From the NCBI RefSeq assembly GCF_963921235.1, contig NC_086098.1, positions 558,001-622,000 on the forward strand: DNA of 64,000 nucleotides, in the 5' to 3' direction. Shown piece after piece: positions 39,202-50,445 of this stretch (position 1 is its first letter; every line of letters starts with the position of its first letter). A model generated the notes under the pieces. That model saw only the letters and a list, made by a program, of their open reading frames with translations, ran no database searches and was not told the origin of the DNA. Made by a program: the position numbers and the translations under genes. Source of the DNA: Mobula hypostoma (lineage: Eukaryota).

Positions 39202-40027
39202 TCATTCAACAGCGGTGTTGGTGACAGCGGCAGGTAAAGCCTGAACAAAATCCAGTGTAGCTTTTGGATCAAAAAAAGTACGAGGAGGAGAATTAGGAGG
39301 GAAAATTTTAAGTTTTGTCGGATACCTCAGAGACGGGAAAAGGTTCTTATCATATGCTTGTTTCATTACCAGGGCAAATTTTGATCTTTGTTCTATTATC
39401 TCTCTTGGATAATCTTCATAGAAGCGGAGCTCAGATTCCATAAATCTAAAAACTCTCTGTTTTCTTGCCTGTTGTATTATTTGATCTTTAATGTTAAAGT
39501 GATGAAAGCAAACCAAATCTTGGTTTACTAGAGTCCTTCGATTTCAAGATAAACGCCCTGTGTGCCCTTTCTATAGCAGGCAGCTTTGATAGAATGGTAG
39601 GAAATATAGTGTGGAAAAGCTTACCAAAGTAAGCCGTTAGATCTGTATCTTCAGCTCCTTCCTGCAGCCCAACAATTCTTATATTCCTTCGTCGAGACCT
39701 AGTTTCCAGGTCTATAATCTTATTTTGATATCTTTCCAAACAAGTTGTAGCTTCAGACAGCTTTTGCTAAGTTATCTTCAATTCCTCTTCGTGTGAAATA
39801 ACTTGAGTTTCCAGGTCTTTAAGTTTTCCCAGAAATGACTTCATTTCGTTACTATTCTTTTCCAGTTGGTCTTTAATTGATCCATTCTGATCTTTAATTG
39901 AATTCAGTGTCCGAACGATATCTTCAGCCCACGATGGCATTTCATCAGATTGTTCCTTTTGCACCTTTCCTTTCCTATTACCTTTATCACTAGGTTCAGG
40001 TAAATTCTTCCCACTTCTTGTAGACAT
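39202..40027 (-). pseudogene. L1 ORF1 (coiled coil and RRM), frameshifted
   Basis: MSTRSGK..., DLETRSRRRNIRIVGLQEGAE, IERAHR, LRFYEDYP, LRYPTKL. Confidence 0.88.
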
Positions 40028-40783
40028 AGAGATATTGATCACCTTCAAGAATCAACAAGTAAAAATTTTGAATTCAAAGCTTAAACTAGGGGGAAATAAA
40101 GAAAACTAAGAGCAGCAGAAAAATACTGCCACTCCATTAGCTGACGGGGCGGTCCCTCTGTAAATTTGTTGATGACACAAAGGTTAGAGGTGTTGTGGAT
40201 TGTGTTGAGGGCTGTCAGAGGTTAGAGTGGGACATTGATAGGATGCAAAACTAGCCTGAGAAATGGCAGATGGAGTTCAGTGTGAGTTAGTTCATTTTGG
40301 TAGGTCAAACATGATGGCAGAATATAATATTAATGGTAAGATTCTTGGCAGTATGGAGGATTAGAGAGATCTTGGGGTCCGAGTCCATAGGACACTCAAA
40401 GCCTCTGTGCAGGTTGACTCTGTGGTTGAGAAAGTATATGGTGCATTGGCCTTCATCAACCATAGGATTGAGTTCAAGAGCCAAGAGGTAATGTTACAGC
40501 TATATGGGTATATAGACCTCACTTGGAGTATTGTGCTCAGTTCTAGTCACCTCACTACAGGAAGGATATGGAAACCATAGAAAGGGTGCAGAGGATATTT
40601 ACAAGGATGTTGCCTGGATTGGGGAGCATGCCTTATGAAAACAGGTTGAGTGAACTTGGCCTTTTTTCCTTGGAATGACAGAGGATGAGAGGTGACCTGA
40701 TAGAGGTGTATAAAATGATGAGAGGCATTGATCTTGTGGATAGTCAGAGGCTTTTTTCACAGGGCTGGACTGGCTGCCACAAG

Positions 40784-41014
40784 TGAAGCATCTTCAATAA
40801 CTCCAAAAGACTGAGGTTGGGTAAAATACTGAAAGACTTTTATTTGCTGTACATCAATACGACATCCATGCTGAGTGTCTGCCCCTGGACTGAGGGGGCG
40901 GGGCAAGGTGGAATCACCTTTACACAGGAATATGTGGGAGGAGCCACAGAGCAGTCAGCAGAGGGGCGTGTCCAGACAGGTAACCCAGTTGCAACATATA
41001 TATGGTTTACCACA
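40784..41014 (-). mobile_element. Probable short solo LTR (~230 bp)
   Basis: Reverse complement TGTGGTAAAC...AATAAAAG...GCTTCA interrupts a CR1 3' region; TSD not clean. Confidence 0.55.
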
Positions 41015-43140
41015 CACAGGTTTAAGGTGATGGGGTGCAAGTACAGAGGAGATGTCAGGGGTAAGTTTTTTACGCAGAGAGTGATGAGTGTGTGGAATCA
41101 CAACAGGAAGGATGTGGGGGTGGAGCTTAGGAGGAATCTTGGTGCCTAACATTGCCTCAAGTTTCAGGGGAGGAGGATTAAGACGGAGATGGGGAGAAAC
41201 TATTTTTCCCAGAGAGTGGTGAATCTGTGGAATTCTCTGCCCAGGCAGGCAGTTGTGGCTTCTTCACTAAATGTATTTAAGAAACAGTTAGATCTGTTTT
41301 TCCATAGTAATGGAATTAAAGGTTATGGGGAAAAGGCAGGTAGATTTTGGATCAGGACTACAGAGCATCGTGGGAGCTGAATTCTGAAGGAAGGCAGTTT
41401 TTTAAAAAACTTCTTCGAGTGCAAGAAGGATGAGACTGTGCAGGTGCGTGACGTCAACAGGACCGCGTGGAGAGTTTAAAAAGGAGACCTCCCTATACAG
41501 TGGGCAGCGGAATGAGTGGGAGCAGAGTGTAGGGCTTTGGCAGTAAACGGGAAGAGGCGAGAGCGAAGCACCAACTCTTTTTTTTTCTCCTCCCCCCCGC
41601 CCCCCACTTCGCTAATCGGCCCGGACAGACAGGAACAGCAGGGCTCACACAGCTAATGGTACGAGCTAACAGTTTAAAAAGTTCGTTTGTTTGGCGAGCT
41701 AAGTGAGTGAGTAGACTTATTTTTCCTGTTTCATTCCTGTAGAATTAGATAGCATGCCTGTAGGGTTAGTGCTTTATTCAGGGTGTCAGATATGGGAATG
41801 CTGGGAGACCTCCAGCCTCCCTGATGGCCACATCTCCACCAGGTGCACCGAGATGCAGCTCCTCAGAGACTGTGTTAGGGATCTGGAGCTGCAGCTTGAT
41901 GACCTACTGCTTTTAAGGGAAAGTGAAGAGGAGCTACAGGAAGGTAGTCATCCCTAGGCTACAGGGGTCAGAAAACTGGTTCACTGTCAGGAGAGGGAAG
42001 GGAAATGCCTGGATAGTGGAGAGCACACCTGTGCTTGTCCCCCTCAGCAACAAATATCTTGTTCTGGATGCTGTTGAGGGGGATGACCTGACAGGGGACG
42101 CCCACGATGACCGTATGAAGCAAAAATTAGTGGGAAGGCAGAGGATTGGGAAGTTTTTAAAAGCTTACAAAAGGAAACCAAGAAGGTCATTAAGAGGGAA
42201 AAGCTGAACTATGAAAGGAAGCCAGCAATTAATATCAAAGAGGATACTAAAAGCTTTTTCAAGTATATAAAGATTAAAAGACATGTGAGAGTAGATATAG
42301 GCCTGATAGAAAATGATGCTGGAGAAATTGTAATGCGAGATAAGGAGATGGCAGAGGAACTGAACGAGTATTTTGCATCAGTCTTCACTGAGGAAGACAT
42401 CAGCAGTATACTGGGCACTCAAGGGTGGCAGGGAAGAGAAGTGTGCGCAGTCACAATTACGACAGAGAAAATACTCAGGAAGCTGAATAGTCTAAAGGTA
42501 GATAAATCTCCCGGACCAGATGGAATGCACCCGCGTGTTCTGAAGGAAGTAGCTGTGGAGATTGTGCAGGCATTAGCGATGATCTTTCAAAAGTCGATAG
42601 ATTCTGGCATGGTTCTGGAAGACTGGAAGATTGCAAATGTCACTCTGCTATTCAAGAACCATAGAAACCATAGAAACTACAGCACAGAAACAGGCCCTTT
42701 GGCCCTTCTTGGCTGTGCCGAACCATTTTCTGCCGAGTCCCACTGACCTGCACACGGACCATATCCCTCCATACACCTCCCATCCATGTATCTGTCCAAT
42801 TTATTCTTAAATGTTAAAAAAGAACTCATATTTACCACCTCGTCTGGCAGCTCATTCCATACTCCCACCATTCTCTGTATGAAGAAGCCCCCCCTAATGT
42901 TCCCTTTAAACTTTTCCCCCCTCACCCTTAACCCTAGTGCTCTGGTTTTTTTCTCCCCTTGCCTCAGTGGAAAAAGCCTGCTTGCATTCACTCTATCTAT
43001 ACCCATCTTAATTTTATATACCTCTATCAAATCTCCCCTCATTCTTCTACGCTCCAGGGAATAAGGTCTTAACCTATTCAACCTTTCTGTGTAACTGAGT
43101 TTCTCAAGACCCGGCAACATCCTTGTAAACCTTCTCTGCA

Positions 43141-43368
43141 ACACACATAAAAGTTGCTGGTGAACGCAGCAGGCCAGGCAGCATCTATTGAAAAGAATAC
43201 AGTTGATGATTCAGGCCAAGAACCATTGGAACTCCGGGGACACGAGGAATTCTGCAGATGCTGGAAATTCAAGCAACACACATCAAAGTTGCTGGTGAAC
43301 GCAGCAGGCCAGGCAGCATCTCTAGGAAGAGGTGCAGTCGACGTTTCAGGCCGAGACCCTTCGTCAGG
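43141..43368 (-). mobile_element. Tandem two-unit PLE hammerhead-module insertion
   Basis: 12-bp TSD ACCTTCTCTGCA (43129-43140, 43369-43380); two related units. Confidence 0.88.
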
Positions 43369-43371
43369 ACC
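43336..43371 (-). ncRNA. Minimal hammerhead ribozyme motif
   Basis: GGUC-CUGACGA-AGGgucucggCCU-GAAAC-GUC/GACU, intact core. Confidence 0.78.
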
Positions 43372-45886
43372 TTCTCTGCACTCTTTCAACCTTATTTATA
43401 TGCTTCCTGTAATTTGGTGACCAAAACTAAACACAATACTCCAGATTCGGCCTCACCAATGCCTTATACAACCTCATCATAACATTTCAGCTCTTATACT
43501 CAATACTTGGATTAATAAAGGCCAATGTACCAAAAGCTCTCTTTACGACCCTATCTACCTGTGACGACACTCTTAGGGAATTTTGTATCTGTATTCCCAG
43601 ATCCCTCTGTTCCACTGCACTCCTCAGTGCCTTACCATTAACTCTATGTTCTACGTTGGTTTGTCCTTCCAACGTGCAATACCTCACACTTGTCAGTATT
43701 AAACTCCATCTGCCATTTTTCCGCCCATTTTTCCAGATGGTCCAAGTCCCTCTGCAGGCTCTGAAAACCTTCCTGACTGTCTACTACACCTCCAATCTTT
43801 GTATCATCAGCAAACTTGCTGATCCAATTTACCACATTATCATCCAGATCATTGATATAGATGACAAATAAGAATGGACCCAGCACTGATCCCTGTGGCA
43901 CACCACTAGTCACAGGCCTCCACTCAGAGAAGCAATTCTCTACCACCACTCTCTGGCTTCTTCCATCGAGCCAACGTCTAATCCAATTTACCACCTCTAC
44001 ATGTATACCTAGCGACTGAATTTTCCTAACTAACCTCCCATGCGGGACCTTGTCAAAGGCCTTACTGAAGTCCATGTAGACAATATCCACTGCCTTCCCT
44101 TCATCCACTTTCCTGGTAACCTCCTCGAAAAACTCCAACAGATTGGTCAAACATGACCTACCATGCACAAAGCCATGTTGACCCCCTAATAAGCCCCTGT
44201 CTATCCAAATGCTTGTAGATTCTGTCTCTTAGTACTCCCTTTAATAACTTACATACTACTGACGTTAAACTCACCGGCCTATAATTTCCCGGATTACTTT
44301 TCGATCCTTTTTTAAACAACAGAACAACGTGAGCCACTCTCCAATCCTCCGGCACTTCACTCGTAGACAGTGACATTTTAAATATTTCTGCCAGGGCCCC
44401 CGCAATTTCAACACTAGTCTCCTTCAAGGTCCGAGGGAACACTCTGTCAGGTCCCGGGGATTTATCCACTTTAATTTTTCTCAAGACAGCAAGCACCTCC
44501 TCCTTTTCAATCTGTACAGTTTCCATGGTCTCACTACTTGATTCCCTCAATTCCATAGATTTCATGCCAGCTTCCTTAGTAAATACAGATGCAAAAAACC
44601 TATTTAAGATCTCCCCCACTTCCTTTGGTTCCGCACAAAGCCGACCACTCTGATCTTCAAGAGGACTAATTTTATCCCTTACAATCCTTTTGCTCTTAAT
44701 ATACTTGTAAAAGCTCTTTGGATTATCCTTCACTTTGACTGCCAAGGCAACCTCATGTCTTCTTTTTGCCCTCCTGATTTCTTTCTTAAGTATTTTCTTG
44801 CACTTCTTATACTCCTCAAGCACCTGATTTACCCCCTGTTTCCTATACATTTCATACAACTCCCTCTTCTTCTTTATCAGAGTTGCAATATCCCTTGAGA
44901 ACCAAGGTTCCTTATTCCTATTCAATTTGCCTTTAATCCTGACAGGAACATACAAACTCTGCACTCTCAAAATTTCCCCTTTGAAGGCTTCCCACCTACC
45001 AATCACATCTTTGCCAGAGAACAACCTGTCCCAATCCACGCTTTTTAGATCCTTTCTCATTTCTTCAAATTTGGCTTTCTTCCAGTTCAGAACCTCAACC
45101 CTAGGACCAGATCTATCCTTGTCCATGATCAAATTGAAACTAATGGTATTATGATCACTGGAACCAAAGTGCTCCCCTACACAGACTTCTGTCACTTACC
45201 CTAATTTGTTTCCTAAAAGGAGATCCAATATTGCATCCCCTCGAGTTGGTCCCTCTATATACTGATTTAGAAAACTTTCCTGAACACATTTTACAAAATC
45301 CAAAGCAGCTAGACCCCTAACAGTATGGGAGTCCCAATCAATATATGGAAAATTAAAATCCCCTACCATCACAACTTTATGTTTCCTGCAGTTGCCTGCT
45401 ATCTCTCTGCAGATTTGCTCTTCCAAGTCTCGTTGACTATTGGGTGGTCTGTAATACAATCCCTCTAATGTGGCCATACCTTTCCTGTTTCTCAGCTCCA
45501 CCCATAAAAGGTCTCAGTAGACAAGCCCTCGAATCACTGCTGTAATATTTTCCCTAACAAGCAATGCTACTCCCCCACCTTTCATTCCTCTGCCTCGATC
45601 ACATCTGAAACATCGGAACCCTGGAATATTAAGCTACCAGTCCTGCCCCTCCTGTAGCCAAGTTTCACTAATTGCTACAACATCATAATTCCACGTGTCA
45701 ATCCACGCCCTCAACTCATCCGCTTCCCCGCAATACTCCTAGCATTGAAATATATACACCTCAGAAGATTTTTACCACCACTCACAACCTTTCTATCAGC
45801 GGATTTGCTTAAACTTTCAACATCATTTATTTTCACCCCAGCCACACTGTCAGCTCTGGCACTCTGGTTCCCATCCCCCTGCAAAT

Positions 45887-46810
45887 CTAGTTTAAAGCCT
45901 CCCCAATAGCACTAACAAACCTCCCTGAAAGGATATTGGTCCCCCTGTGGTTCAAGTGTAAACCATCTCTCTTGTACAGGTCCCACCTGCCCCAGAAGAG
46001 GTCCCAATTATCCTGAAATCTGAAACCCTGCCCCCTACGCCAGTTCCTCAGCCACTTGTTCCCTCTCCAGAGCATCCTATTCCTACCCTCACTGGCACCT
46101 AGCACAGGTAGCAATCCTGAGATTACCACCCTCGAGGTCCTGCTTTTCAACTTCCTACCAAGCTCTCTATACTCACTGTCCAGGACCTCTTCACACTTCC
46201 TTGCTATGTCATTGGTACCGATGTGCACCACGACATCTGGCTGGTCACCCTCCCACTTCAGAATGTCATGCAATCGATCAGAGACATCCTTGACCCTGGC
46301 ACCTGGGAGGCAACAAACCATCCTGGATTCTCTGTCACGACCACAGAACCTTCTATCTGCACCTCTAACTATCGAGTCCCCTATCACTACCGCTCTCCTC
46401 TTTTTCCCCCCTCCCTTCTGCACTACAGAGCCAGACTCAGTGCCAGAGATCTGGCTACTGCAGCTAGTCCCAGGTAAGTCATCCCCCACAACAGTATCCA
46501 ATGCGGTATACTTGTTGTTGAGGGGAATGGCCACAGGGGAACCCTGCTCTGCCTGCCCTTTCCTCTTCCCTCGCCTGACAGTGACCCAATTTCTTGTCCT
46601 CTGCTCCTTTGGCGTAACTACCTCCCTGTAGCCACGACCTATAATCTCCTCATTCTCCCGAATGATCCGCAGGTCATCCAGCTCCTGCTCCAATTCCCTA
46701 ACGCGGTTTGTCAGGAGCTGCAGCTGGATGCACTTCTTGCAGGTGTCGTTGTCAGGGACACCGGAGGGCTCCCTGACTTCCCACATCCTGCAAGAGGAGC
46801 ATTCCAACAT
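45887..46810 (-). CDS. CR1 ORF1p: zinc finger, leucine zipper and SGNH esterase (intact, 307 aa)
   Basis: CSSC..CKKC, heptad leucines, GDS, PGA, GTND and DGLH SGNH blocks; ATG to TAG uninterrupted. Confidence 0.9.
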   Translation of the reverse strand: MLECSSCRMWEVREPSGVPDNDTCKKCIQLQLLTNRVRELEQELDDLRIIRENEEIIGRGYREVVTPKEQRTRNWVTVRRGKRKGQAEQGSPVAIPLNNKYTALDTVVGDDLPGTSCSSQISGTESGSVVQKGGGKKRRAVVIGDSIVRGADRRFCGRDRESRMVCCLPGARVKDVSDRLHDILKWEGDQPDVVVHIGTNDIARKCEEVLDSEYRELGRKLKSRTSRVVISGLLPVLGASEGRNRMLWRGNKWLRNWRRGQGFRFQDNWDLFWGRWDLYKRDGLHLNHRGTNILSGRFVSAIGEALN

Positions 46811-48999
46811 CCTGCGCTAGACAATCTGAACAAAAAACTTACCGGAACCTACCCTGGCCTGTTCTCGCCAAAGCCTGTTTGAGCCAAAGCCGCCCCACTC
46901 TGACTCAGTCCACTCCGACGATGGCCGCTGTATATGGTGGTCTGCTTTTTAAACCTTGGCGCGCTATGTCACACACCTGCGCAGTGCAGACCCTTCTCCC
47001 CGAGCAGTTTAAAAAAAAACGACTTTTTCGACCCAAATTCTTCCGCTCACCACTTCAGCTACTTGCTTCGACTGAAACAAGAACCGTTGAAAGAAGGGGG
47101 CAAGGAAGCAAAAAGGAAATTATAGACCTGTTAACTTGACATCAGTGGTTGGGAAGTTGTTGGAGTCGATTGTCAAGGATGAGGTTACAGGGTACCTGGA
47201 GGCATATGACAAGATAGGCAGAACTCAGCATGGATTCCTTAAAAGAAAATCCTGCCTGACAAACCTATTACAATTTTTTTGAGGAAATTACCAGTAGGCT
47301 AGACAAGGGAGATGCAGTGGATGGTGTATATTTGGATTTTCAGAAGGCCTTTGACAAGGTGCCACACATGAGGCTACTTAACAAGATAAGAGCCCATGGA
47401 ATTATGGGAAAGTTACATACGTGGATAGAGCGTTGGCTGAATGGCAGGAAACAGAGTGGGAATAAAGGGATCCTATTCTAGTTGGCTGCTGGTTACCAGT
47501 GGTTTTCCACAGGGGTCCATGTTGGGGCTGCTTCTTTTTACATTGTACATCAACGATTTGGATTATGGAACAGATGGCTTTGTGGCTACGTTTGCTGACG
47601 ATAGGAAGATAGGTGGAGCGGCTGGTAGTGCTGAGGAAACGGAGAGTCTGCAGTGAGAATTGGATAGATTGGAAGAATGGGCAGAGAAGTGGCAAATGAA
47701 GTACAATGTTGGAAAGTGTATGGTTATGCACTTTGGCAGAAAAAATAAACGGGCAGACTATTATTTAAATGGGGAAAGAATTCAAAGTTCGGAGATGCAA
47801 CGGGACTTGGGAGTCCTCGTACAGTATACCCTTAAAGTTAACCTCCAGGTTGAGTCAGTAGTGAAGAAGGCGAATGCAATGTTGGCGTTCATTTCTAGAG
47901 GAATAGAGTATAGGAGCAGGGATGTGATGTTGAGGCTCTATAAGGCGCTGGTGAGACCTCACTTGGAGTACTGTAGGCAGTTTTGGTCTCCTTATTTAAG
48001 AAAGGATGTGCTGACGTTGGAGAGGGTACAGAGAAGATTCACTAGAATGATTCCGGGAATGAGAGGGTTAACATATGAGGAACGTTGGTCCGCTCTTGGA
48101 CTGTATTTCTTGGAGTTTAGAAGAATGAAGGGAGACCTCATAGAAACATTTCGAATGTTGAAAGGCATGGACAGAGTGGATGTGGCAAAGTTGTTTCCCA
48201 TGACGGGGGAGTCTAGTACGAGAGGGCATGACTTAAGGATTGAAGGGCACCCATCCAGAACAGAAATGCGAAGAAATTTTTTTAGCCAGAGGGTGGTGAA
48301 TCTATGGAATTTGTTGCCATGGGCAGCAGTGGAGGCCAAATCATTGGGTGTATTTAAGGCAGAGATTGATAGGTATCTGAGTAGCCAGGGCATCAAAGGT
48401 AATGGTGAGAAGGCAGGGGAGTGGGACTAAACGGGAGAATGGATCAGCTCATGATAAAATGGAGGAGCAGCCTTGATGGGCCAAATGGCTGACTTCTGCT
48501 CCTTTGTCTTGTAGTCTTATGGTCTAGATGAAGCTGAGTTTATGGACAGATCAGCCATGAGCCTATTGAATGGCGGGGCAGGCTCGATGGGCCGGATGCT
48601 CTGCTCCTGATCCCAGTTCTTCTGTACTTGTGTATGTTTAACAGTGACTCCTTTGCTTACATCTTCTGAAACAGCTCTATTTTGTTTGTACATTTAATAT
48701 CTTTATTTTTTCCTTTCAGGGTTCTTTTGAAGACCCTGACCTGGAGTTACATGCAGGCTTCAGTTCGGGGTTAAGTATTTTACGCAGAGAGTGGTGATCG
48801 TGTGGAATGAGCTGCTGGCGACTATGGTGGAGGTGGATACAATAGGGTCTTTTAAGAGACTCCTGGACAGGCATTAGATCTTAGAAAAATAGAGGACTAT
48901 GGGTAACCCTAGATTATTTCTGAAGTAAGTACATGTTCGGCACAGCATTGTGGGCCGAAGGGCCTGTATTGTGCTGTACGTTTTCTATGTTTCAACAAC

Positions 49000-49280
49000 C
49001 TGAGGTCATAGGTTAAGGATGAATGGTGAAATATCAAACGGGAACCTGAGGGGGAACCTCTTCACTCAGAGGGTGATGAGAATGTGAAATGAGCTGCCAG
49101 CAGAAGTGGTGGATGAGGGTTTGATTTCAACATTCAAGAGAAATTTGGATAGGTCCGTGGACAGGAGGGATGTGGAAATCTATGGTCCAGGTGCAAGTTG
49201 ACGGGACTAGGCCGAATAGCAGTTCAGCATGGACTGAATGGGCTGAAGAGCGTAATTTTGTGTTGTAGCACTCTGACTCT
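49000..49280 (+). mobile_element. Decayed CR1 3' end
   Basis: LRGNLFTQRV..NELPAEVV remnants; GGGCTGAAG hairpin remnant. Confidence 0.65.
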
Positions 49281-49948
49281 ACGCCTTATTGATGCACCCA
49301 CAAAGACTGACTTATACTTCAAAAGTTTTCTTTATGAAGGAGAAATTTAAAAAAATTGTGATAATCTCTCTCTGCCTTAAAGCGGTATTAAGGAAGGATG
49401 AGCTAATTCCATGATCAGTATTGGTTACTGTGCTATTGTTATCCTTGTCATTAAAAGCTTTAGCCTTGCGTGGCTGAAATGGATAACTCTGCCTGTGCAA
49501 AACGAAACTGCAAATAGGATTGAAACAGCATTCTTTAATCTCCAGTTACAAAACAATAGCTTGTTTCATTACCTCTGTCGGCTGAGGTCCAGGATTTAGC
49601 TTATTCTTTCGAAGCATATTTGATACAATACATGCAAACCAGACACACTGGGATAAACACTAGTTATTTCTGGATTTGGAAACCAAGCTACATAACTTGG
49701 GGATTTCTTTGTTATATTCTGACATTCTGAATCCAGGCTGGCTTTAGTCTCCCAGTTTTATGGAACATTTGATGCATTCTGACTCAGAATGCAGGAATGA
49801 TGTAAATTCATTTTCAACTAAGAACTCTCATTCTGTTGTCCATCAAATCTTATCCCTCCTAGTGTGATTTATTATTTTCTGATGCACACTATGAGGGAAG
49901 AAGATTAGAGTTTAGATGTGGAGGGACTTTTCTGTTTCATATTTTTAG

Positions 49949-50004
49949 GCTGAAAATGATGAGGCAAGCACAGCCAAACACCATCCGTCACAATTGCAGC
50001 TTAG
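49949..50004 (+). other. Candidate 56-nt host exon
   Basis: Acceptor TTTTCTGTTTCATATTTTTAG and donor AG/GTAAGA in non-repetitive DNA; two open frames; product not recognised. Confidence 0.35.
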
Positions 50005-50164
50005 GTAAGATGTTTTAAAATTCAGCAACATCTCTGTGTCTTTTATTGATGATTTTCACACTCTTTAATATGGCATACTGTAAACATCTTAAGGTGAAGG
50101 GACTGCTGAATGTATAATGCATATATATTTAAGTGGAGTAACTTTTACATTCTCATCTGGCAGG

Positions 50165-50445
50165 GGTGTCCAGCTGTAAGATTGGAGTTCGATTAACGCC
50201 ATTGTCTGTAAGGAGTTTATATATTCTCCCTGTAACTATGTGGGATTCCTGTGATATCCACCCACATTATAAAGTGTGCAGGTCAGGGCAAGTAAGATGT
50301 TGGCTTGTTATGTTGACACCGGAAGCGTGGTGACACTTGCGGGCTGTCCCAAGCACTATCCTTGGACTGTGTTGGTTGTTGACGCAAAAAATGCATTTCA
50401 CTATATGCTTCAATGATTCAACGTACATGTACAATGAAGCTTACA
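50165..50445 (+). mobile_element. Decayed V-SINE-like element
   Basis: B-box-like GGAGTTCGATT followed by CTGTAAGGAGTTT..TTCTCCCTGT..GTGGGATTCC..CCCACATT, resembling the V domain. Confidence 0.5.

Larger units (their letters stand above)
30075..40159 (-). mobile_element. Full-length L1-clade LINE (~5.7 kb net) interrupted by a Gypsy element
   Basis: 8-bp TSD GTAAATTT (30067-30074, 40160-40167); ORF1, ORF2, A-rich 3' end with AATAAA. Confidence 0.92.
42735..45896 (-). pseudogene. CR1 ORF2p (APE-RT), frameshifted
   Basis: [43 protein letters not shown]. Confidence 0.9.
42659..47090 (-). mobile_element. Near full-length CR1 LINE
   Basis: TSD AAGAA (42654-42658, 47091-47095); 5'UTR, intact ORF1, ORF2 in several frames; (CTATGGTTT) tail. 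Confidence 0.93.
41346..48524 (+). mobile_element. CR1 LINE with 5'UTR and a large internal deletion (~42113), inside an older CR1 tail
   Basis: TSD TAGAT (41341-41345, 48525-48529); ORF1 start 41754; ORF2 pieces 42285.. and 47660..48430; TCTTATGG tail. Confidence 0.82.
28260..48990 (+). mobile_element. Outer CR1 LINE expanded to ~20.7 kb by nested insertions (pieces ~28260-28448, 29641-30074, 40160-40783, 41015-41098, ~48770-48990)
   Basis: Pieces are collinear with the copy at 20200-21525; the last join is less certain (~40 bp overlap). Confidence 0.75.

Noticed and set aside
46056..46631. Recurrent antisense ORFs to CR1 (also 746..1195, 53843..54208, 59838..60410)
   Set aside because: Shadow frames of the sense ORFs; no independent motifs.
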